A stretch of 63,137 bases of DNA, filler included, from Nemertoderma westbladi (lineage: Eukaryota; Animalia; Xenacoelomorpha), in assembly GCA_032718475.1 (NCBI GenBank). It is 4 parts of 4 records of this genome, joined end to end, with 100 filler letters (N's around TTAATTAATTAA, not from the genome) between each part and the next. Parts side by side here need not be neighbours in the genome. Positions count along the whole stretch, not along the records: positions 55,161 to 63,137 come from JAUCBJ010001299.1; 3 more parts are not named here. One strand, 5' to 3'. Below the pieces are notes generated by a model that worked only from the letters and a program-made list of their open reading frames with translations, was not told where the DNA came from and searched no databases. Both the position numbers and the translations under genes were made by a program. This document shows positions 56,238 to 63,137 of the stretch, in pieces (position 1 is the stretch's first letter; every line of letters starts with the position of its first letter).

Positions 56238-57070
56238 TTTCTTATGCAAACATATGGAGCAAGCTGCGATCGTTTCTATCGCAAACAATGAATACACAAC
56301 TCACACTGCCTTTAGATGTAACAATGCTAGGGTGTTTTATTGCATATTTGGACTCGATCAACCTTAGTAGGGCTACAATTTTAAATTATATGTCGGCTAT
56401 AGCCATGCCTCATCGATTACTTAATATGACAGACCCTACCAAATCTTTTTTTATTGCTAGAGCTTTGAATGGTTTAGGTAAATCCAATATATCGGTAGAT
56501 TCGAGACTTCCTATCACAAAACCAATTTTATCACGAATGTTGCATGTGTGCAGTTCTGTTTATCCTGATCCTTATACTAACTCGTTACTTAGATCTGTAT
56601 TTATATTAGCTTTTTATGGTTTTTTACGAGTAGGTGAATTCGCACCAAAAAAGGGTACTGACGAAGTGGTTATAAATAGAACAGATCTACAATACGACGG
56701 ACCTAGACTTATTATTACTATTAGAAAGTACAAACATCAAAAACACCCTTATGTACCAGCTAAATTAGAAATAACAAACAACCCTGAGCATAACCCAATG
56801 GGTATTATTCAGGATTATCTTGAAAAACGTCCAGACAAAGAGGGGCCGTTATTTATATGGCGGTCAGGTGACATTGTTTATAGGAATGAGTTTTTGTCAA
56901 TATTAACCAAAGTCCTTGGTTTTCTAAATTTATCTACAAAGCTTTATAAGTCTCACACTTTTAGAATCGGCGCTGCCACAGAAGCGGCCCGGGAAGGATT
57001 ATCTGATATTCAGATTAGAGAAAAGGGTCGGTGGTCCTCTAATGCCTTCTTGAAATATATTCGTCACTAA
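56081..57070 (+). CDS. Tyrosine recombinase of a DIRS/Ngaro element, overlapping the RNase H ORF
   Basis: RLPIT, FYGFLRVGE, SHTFRIGAAT, GRWSSNAFLKYIR (catalytic R-H-R-W-Y). Confidence 0.92.
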   Translation: MRSSFTSTGRIIYGDFPERQQGTNANPSGSTAQRLLLRYTQPIDAAWEETTLISYANIWSKLRSFLSQTMNTQLTLPLDVTMLGCFIAYLDSINLSRATILNYMSAIAMPHRLLNMTDPTKSFFIARALNGLGKSNISVDSRLPITKPILSRMLHVCSSVYPDPYTNSLLRSVFILAFYGFLRVGEFAPKKGTDEVVINRTDLQYDGPRLIITIRKYKHQKHPYVPAKLEITNNPEHNPMGIIQDYLEKRPDKEGPLFIWRSGDIVYRNEFLSILTKVLGFLNLSTKLYKSHTFRIGAATEAAREGLSDIQIREKGRWSSNAFLKYIRH

Positions 57071-57474
57071 TATAGTTCGTGTAGCAAATTTATTTTCCTT
57101 CAATTTGAATGGTACGAAACTTAATATTAATAATTAATTATAACATAAAAATTTTATTCGAGTTAGATATACTGTATATACTGTAGCATGAGTTTATATA
57201 ACGTTACTGTATTTACAAATTTGTATTGATCTTGGTTAATTTTTTTTTTTATGCACCAGTTTTTATTTATATGTTTTTGCTTGGGTGGGGTCATAGAAAT
57301 TTGTCATTTCTATGCTGGGTCTATATACCCTCACCCTTTGAAATATATGCCTTCTTTACAAGGCACTTTCACCCGTTAAACAATTGTTTCATATTTGCAA
57401 AGCGGAGCTGCGCAAAAAACAGGGATAGCACGTCTGTATCATAAATATTTGTTATGGATAAATAGTCCTAATAC

Positions 57475-58806
57475 TTATATAATTGTTATGGATAACTTCT
57501 TTATGATACGTGTGGTCTTCTTTATGATACGTGTGGTCTTCTTTATGATACATGTGGTCTTCTTTATGATACGTGTGGTCTTCTTTATGTAACGTGTGGT
57601 CGTCTTTACATTATGTGTGGTCTTCTTTATGATACGTGTGGTCTTCTTTATGTTACGTGTGGTCTTCTTTATGATACGTGTGGTCTTCTTTATGATACGT
57701 GTGGTCTTCTTTATGATACGTGTGGTCGTCCTGCGCGGGCATATACTGAACAAGAGTTTTTTTATCATAGGTCTTCGAAAATAAGTAAAAGCTGGTTGAT
57801 TTTCTTTACTTTCATCTTCCTCATTACCCAACTCTTTCTTAATTTTATTCAATTGTTCATTAATTTTCAGTAATTTATTTTTATTTCCCAGGACCTGTCT
57901 TAATATCTCTTCTCTATTTTCTTCATTTTCTTCCAATTGTTTAATAAATTTCCGCATTTGATTTTTGGTTCCTAATATTTGTCTCAATATCTCTTCTTTA
58001 TTTTCATCATTCTCTTCTAAATGTTTAATAAATTTCTGTAATTTAATTTTACTTCCTAGAACTTGGGTCAATGACGCCTCTTTATTTTCTTCATTTTCCT
58101 TTAAATGTTTAATAATTTTCCGCAATTGATTCTTATTTCCAAGTAATTGTCTCTTTATTTCCTCATTATCATCATTTTCATCCTCTCCTCCACTTTCCTG
58201 ATCTTCACTTTCTTCACCCTCTTTATAACCTTCACTTTCTTCATCCTCTTCATCCTCTTCCCCACCTCCACTTTCTTCATCCTCTGAAGGTGCTCTGAAG
58301 GTTCCTCTGAAGGTTTATCCCTCTTCCTGTTCTTCACTTTCTTCATTCTCTTCCTGTTTTTCACTTTCTTCATTCTCTTCCTAACATTCGCTTTCTTCAC
58401 CCTCTTCTTGACCTTCACTTTCTTCATCCTCTTCCTGATCTTCACTTTCTTCGTTCTCAACTTCACTCTCTTCAACTTCATCCTGACCCTCACTATTTTC
58501 ATTCTCCATCTCATCATCCTCTTCTTCTTCATCTTTCTCACTCAAATTTTCCTCATTTTCTAGGGGTAACTGTTTTTGTATCCCTTTCAAAATATTCATA
58601 ACTTTATGAAATTTATTTTCCATTGTCTGTTTTATCTCTAATATATCACGCTCATCTCTCTTTTTCTTTTCATCTTCACTAAAAATATCTTCGGATTTTT
58701 TAAATTTTTTTGGTAATGGAACCATTAGTTTTTCCTTTCTATGACGAGATAAATTGTCTTGTCTCATTTCTTTATTACAAACCAAACAACTTTCATGTCT
58801 ATGCAA
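57475..58806 (-). pseudogene. Single ~440-codon frame with two stops: N-terminal C2H2-like finger, acidic tract, 28-aa repeats and a KKTTRII repeat tail
   Basis: CLVCNKEMRQDNLSRH; the ORFs 58381-58806 and 57475-58125 are in the same frame, separated by stops at 58381 and ~58316. Confidence 0.55.
57497..57727. repeat. 21-bp tandem repeat (~11 copies)
   Basis: Unit TTCTTTATGATACGTGTGGTC. Confidence 0.95.
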
Positions 58807-59292
58807 TATATAGCAATGTCAATTGATAATATTGAATTTTAGCAAAATGATTTTACAAAATTTTAAATAAATAAAACTTTTATGAAAGTAAACAAAACTT
58901 TTTAAAATTTAAATTAGAGAATGAATGGGAATGCGTTGAACGGGGGCTATTATAGAGGGAGGCTAGAATGGATTATCCAATCAGAGTGCGATGGTGAGTT
59001 AGGCAGCCAATCAGGACTCGAGGGAGGAAAGTTAGACAGCCAATGAGAGAGCAGATGCGAGGACAGTGGTAAAGCTCATCCATGGTGAGATAACGTCACA
59101 CTAACTCTCAAGGATAGTTATATTCACCATTCAAATATCCCTCGCAAACCAGATTCCCCCAGTATCTAAAGTATTCCACTTCAATGCAAAATATATAGAG
59201 CTTTAGTTGGATTTAAACCTGAGCTTGTAAACTCTTTTGTGCTCGTATATTGAAATTTATTGTTCATATAATGCAATATAACTCAGCTATTT

Positions 59293-59538
59293 AGTCTGTG
59301 CCTCAGTGAGGCATAGTCTATGACTCAGTGAGGCCTAGTCTATGCCTCAGTGCCTCAGTGAGGCATAGTTTATGCCGCACTGAGGCATAGTCTGTGCCTC
59401 AGTGTCTCAGTGAGGCATAGTCTATGCCTCAGTGCCTCAGTGAGGCATAGTCTATGCCTCAGTGCCTCAGTGAGGCATAGTCTATGCCTCAGTGAGGCAT
59501 AGTCTGTGCCTAAGTGCCTCAATGAGGCATAGTCTGTG
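59293..59538. repeat. Tandem array of a palindromic unit
   Basis: CTATGCCTCA-G-TGAGGCATAG with an optional extra TGCCTCAG, ~9 copies. Confidence 0.9.
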
Positions 59539-59598
59539 TCATTTCTTAAATGAGTGTCTTACAAATTCGAACGGCAACGAACAAATTCGAAGGTTACT

Positions 59599-59700
59599 GT
59601 TCCACCTTGGTGTAGTGGTTGCGTTGAATTCACATCTCCCGTATGTCATGGGTTCTATCCCCGCATAAACCAGGGCAGTTTTCGTTCGGTCAGCAATAGG
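59599..59700 (+). mobile_element. tRNA-derived SINE head, second copy
   Basis: GTTCCACCTTGGTGTAGTGGTTGC.TTGAATTCACATC matches the reverse complement of 41380-41477. Confidence 0.75.
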
Positions 59701-61234
59701 CCTAACTTTGGAAAATGCAGTATTATTGCCTAGTAACCAATTCATGGCTACTATATGGTATTCACTTTGAGACATTTCGCCCTCTAGCGGCAGACTGGGG
59801 AACTTCAGACTACTCTGTGACTCTGCAAAAGATATAGCCCATATTGTAATACCGACTGCGGGGGGTCAAAATTAAGTAAACATATATCTAAATAAGTCTC
59901 AAACATCTTGCCTCATGGCTCGACCCTCAGAATTCTTAAGCAATATGGCTTCAAAGTTTTTAAGGAAAACTGGTAAACGAGAATTGTTAATTACGCATAC
60001 CTCGCAGTCTTAATTAATTAATTATACTATATAGTACGTAAGATCGTTTTGAGAATAGGAAACAGCGCCCTCGATAACCTCAGTACAAAGAAAATTAATA
60101 CGGATTAACCGGATATAGCTTGTTATTACAAAACATAAATTATAATACAGTAGAACAATTAGGGTTGTAAATAAAAACAAATTAAATTGAAGATAAACTG
60201 TATATATAAACTTATGTATTAAAAGAGGGCCCTATTTAATTATACAGCATACTAAAAATGGTTAGCGATACCATAATTAGATTATCGATAGTGATGAGGC
60301 TTCCTTAAATGAGGTAATCCTGATGCAGCGCTAAGAATTTTAAGATGGGGCCCCGATAAATTGCTCATTCATGCGTAACTGGTAACCTAGGCGATAGCTT
60401 GTCTAAAGTTTAGCCCCTTCGCTACCATTAACTCCAAAATAATTACCACTAAGGGAGCTGTATACCCTAGGGCTAAATAAGGCTGCAAGTCAATGGTTAG
60501 ATGCTTGCAATAATGATCTCATTTAGTAGCGGTAAGTAATATAAATACTAATTAATCTAAAAATCAATATACAACCGATATATAAAGTAAAAGTAATATA
60601 ATTAATTAATTTAAAATAAACTACAAATAAATAATTAATTTAAAATTAAATACAAATAAATAAAGTAAAATTAAATACAAATAATTAATTAAAATTAAGT
60701 ACAAATAAATAAGTATTAATTAATAAAAGAGCTGTGGTGTCACTTATGACACCCTCTTGTACCGGCTTTGCGACAGTTAGACATCACTGACAACATTGCG
60801 TATCAGATTGATAAATTAGGATAATCAATTAATCCCTAATTAGGAGTCGTAAGACATCTATTAGGGTTTAATTGTACTAATTAATTGATGACACCGGTTA
60901 ATTAGGGTCTAATTAGCCTAATTAGGAGGTGTCACCCAGACAGTCTGGCGCCAATGACACACAATGACACCCATAGGGTGTTATTGGGTGTCACCCAGAC
61001 AGTCTGGCGCCAGTCAGTGAGGTCTAACTGTAGCAAAGAGGAGCAAGACCCTACTACTATAGTAGTAATATATAAGTAGTAAGAGAGTAGTAGTAAGAGA
61101 ATAGTAATAGGTTTAATTAATGAATAAAAAGGTGACTTCGATAAGGAAAATGTGAGACACGGGAAATTAACAAGATATCTATCTACGCGGTATGAAATAT
61201 GCCTTGTTAGATTTATTCGCCAATTGAGACTGTG

Positions 61235-61507
61235 CTAAATTAAACTTTCCACTGCACGAAAATATAATACCCAGGTAAGTCTATACTGATTAACAACTCT
61301 TATTCCCAAAGGACCAAACATAACTACTGTACTTGGTAGAGCACCACCTTTCCTAAATATCACAATATTAGACTTCTCCATATTTACTTCCATTTTCCAA
61401 TAATTACAGTAAGAATAAAACACATCGAGTGAATTCTGCAAACCGCTGACAGAATCCGCTAATAAAACTACACCATCAGCAAAAAGTAGCAAAAGCAATT
61501 TCATCAT
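61235..61507 (-). mobile_element. Degenerate non-LTR (LINE) RT fragment
   Basis: LLFADGVVLLADSVSGLQNSLD..YCNYWKMEVNMEKSNIVIF (catalytic FADD mutated to FADG). Confidence 0.8.
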
Positions 61508-62557
61508 ACAAGAGTTATACAGAAGTAACTACAGTATATTGTCTGTAAACCGTCGTATACCGATGACCCGTCTCTATATTATATCGTGATCCTAAGGCTC
61601 TCATTTACTTCGTGGCTCGCCTCACCCCACAAGATACCCATTTGTCTATGGACGGGCGTTAAAAATAAATGTGATAGCTTCTAGCTACTGTATTTATTTT
61701 ATTTATGCACGCGTTACAGTGTATAAGCTACAGTACAGTATAATAAAGCAACAAAAAATTCATAAGACACCGGCAATCAACAAAACAGTAAGGTATATTA
61801 GTATTAGCTGGGCAAACCCACGAACTTCTTGGTTATGGAACGGTTTAGTAAATCTTCAGCTTTGCCATTATTCATTGCGCCACATAGGCACATGTGAATA
61901 AGCCTAACTACTGTACAGTACGTATTAATGAAAGTTGGTGGAGTGAGGGAGGTACAGTAAATATCGGTTTTGGAGTACCTCACAACAACAACAAAACCAA
62001 CAACATGAATAAAATAGTACAGGTTTCCGTTTATAACAATATTCTAAATAAAAAATTATTAACCCTATTAATACCGGCGGTGGGTGGTGGGGGTTGGGGA
62101 GTATATACCTCCTCCATTAATTTTTCAGATAGGGGGAACTTTCGACGCAAACAAAATTCATCCCTCTCCATAGTAAATTCGACGCAAATATCAGCTGATT
62201 ATTATCAAAAATAAAACCACAACCTGTTCTATTGACTTTAGTTTATTGTTTTGGATAGAAAAAATAATGTGCCACAGTAACCTAATCTGCTCCTTTCGCT
62301 AAATTTAGAATTTAACATTGAGACGAAATATTAATTCGGTGGGATTTGCGTCCAGTAAAATAAAAGTGGAGAATTTTCCGTTTTCCATAATATTTATAAA
62401 GATTGAAATTGAGTTGTTATTGAGACAAATATCAACACTTTCCACATTACTGTCCGGTATGAATAGGGTTAATTTTCCGTTAACATAAAACTATTAAGTC
62501 ATAACTACGCAGTATGAGTTGAGACACCGGCAGGTTGAGTTTCGCTGGGAAGTCAGT

Positions 62558-62691
62558 CTAAAGAACCAGAGTGATGAAGCCAGCTGCAGTCATTATGACG
62601 ACAAAGGGGATGACCAGGTTGTTGCCATGGTTGCATTTATCAGTATCGCAGCAGTGTACGGCGCATTTGGCGTCTTTCTCTAGCTTTTTGC
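62558..62691 (-). CDS. Terminal exon of a Ly6/uPAR (three-finger) GPI-anchored protein; not in the ORF track
   Basis: Acceptor TTTTTGCAG| (phase 1), then KKLEKDAKCAVHCCDTDKCNHGNNLVIPFVVIMTAAGFITLVL*: a CCxxDxCN motif followed by a hydrophobic GPI-signal-like tail. Confidence 0.8.
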
Positions 62692-62939
62692 CTGCAAAAA
62701 TGATGGAACGTACAGTAGTTGAGGTTAAATAAAATAATAGTTTTTATAATACAGGAATTACCCCAATTTAACACACGGATATGGATTTAACAAGGTGTTG
62801 TAAAATAAAGTCTAGTACTGGAGGTATTTATGTTAATCTTGTATACCATATTGGAGTATTAAAAGGGGTATAATATGGCGTAGATAAGTAATTAAGATTA
62901 GTAGATTAAGTATTATAATATTATTAATATTAATTCTAT

Positions 62940-63137
<198 letters not shown>

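Overview
Repeat-rich, AT-rich invertebrate animal genomic DNA, not prokaryotic. It consists of four contigs joined by 100-nt gaps that carry a synthetic TTAATTAATTAA linker. Host genes are strikingly intron-poor: an intronless DNAAF11/LRRC6 with an RFX X-box, a two-exon CCT5 whose intron is a 42-bp minisatellite, the 5' part of TTC4, a multi-zinc-finger protein, and the last exon of a Ly6/uPAR-type GPI-anchored protein. The rest is nested mobile DNA: a BEL/Pao gag, a recent intact Gypsy-type element, a CRE-type RLE LINE, RTE LINEs with target-site duplications, a DIRS/Ngaro tyrosine-recombinase retroelement, a Mutator/foldback-like element, tRNA-derived SINEs and several satellites. Two observations stand out. 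(1) Five diverged copies of a ~1.15-kb TG...CA LTR have a 3' portion with compensatory base changes supporting a large RNA structure, including a pseudoknot closed by the last LTR nucleotides; no canonical tRNA primer-binding site is visible behind it. (2) The intact Gypsy-like element has LTR termini CG...CG instead of TG...CA and an RT catalytic motif LADD. All assignments come from visual motif recognition; no database searches or folding programs were run.
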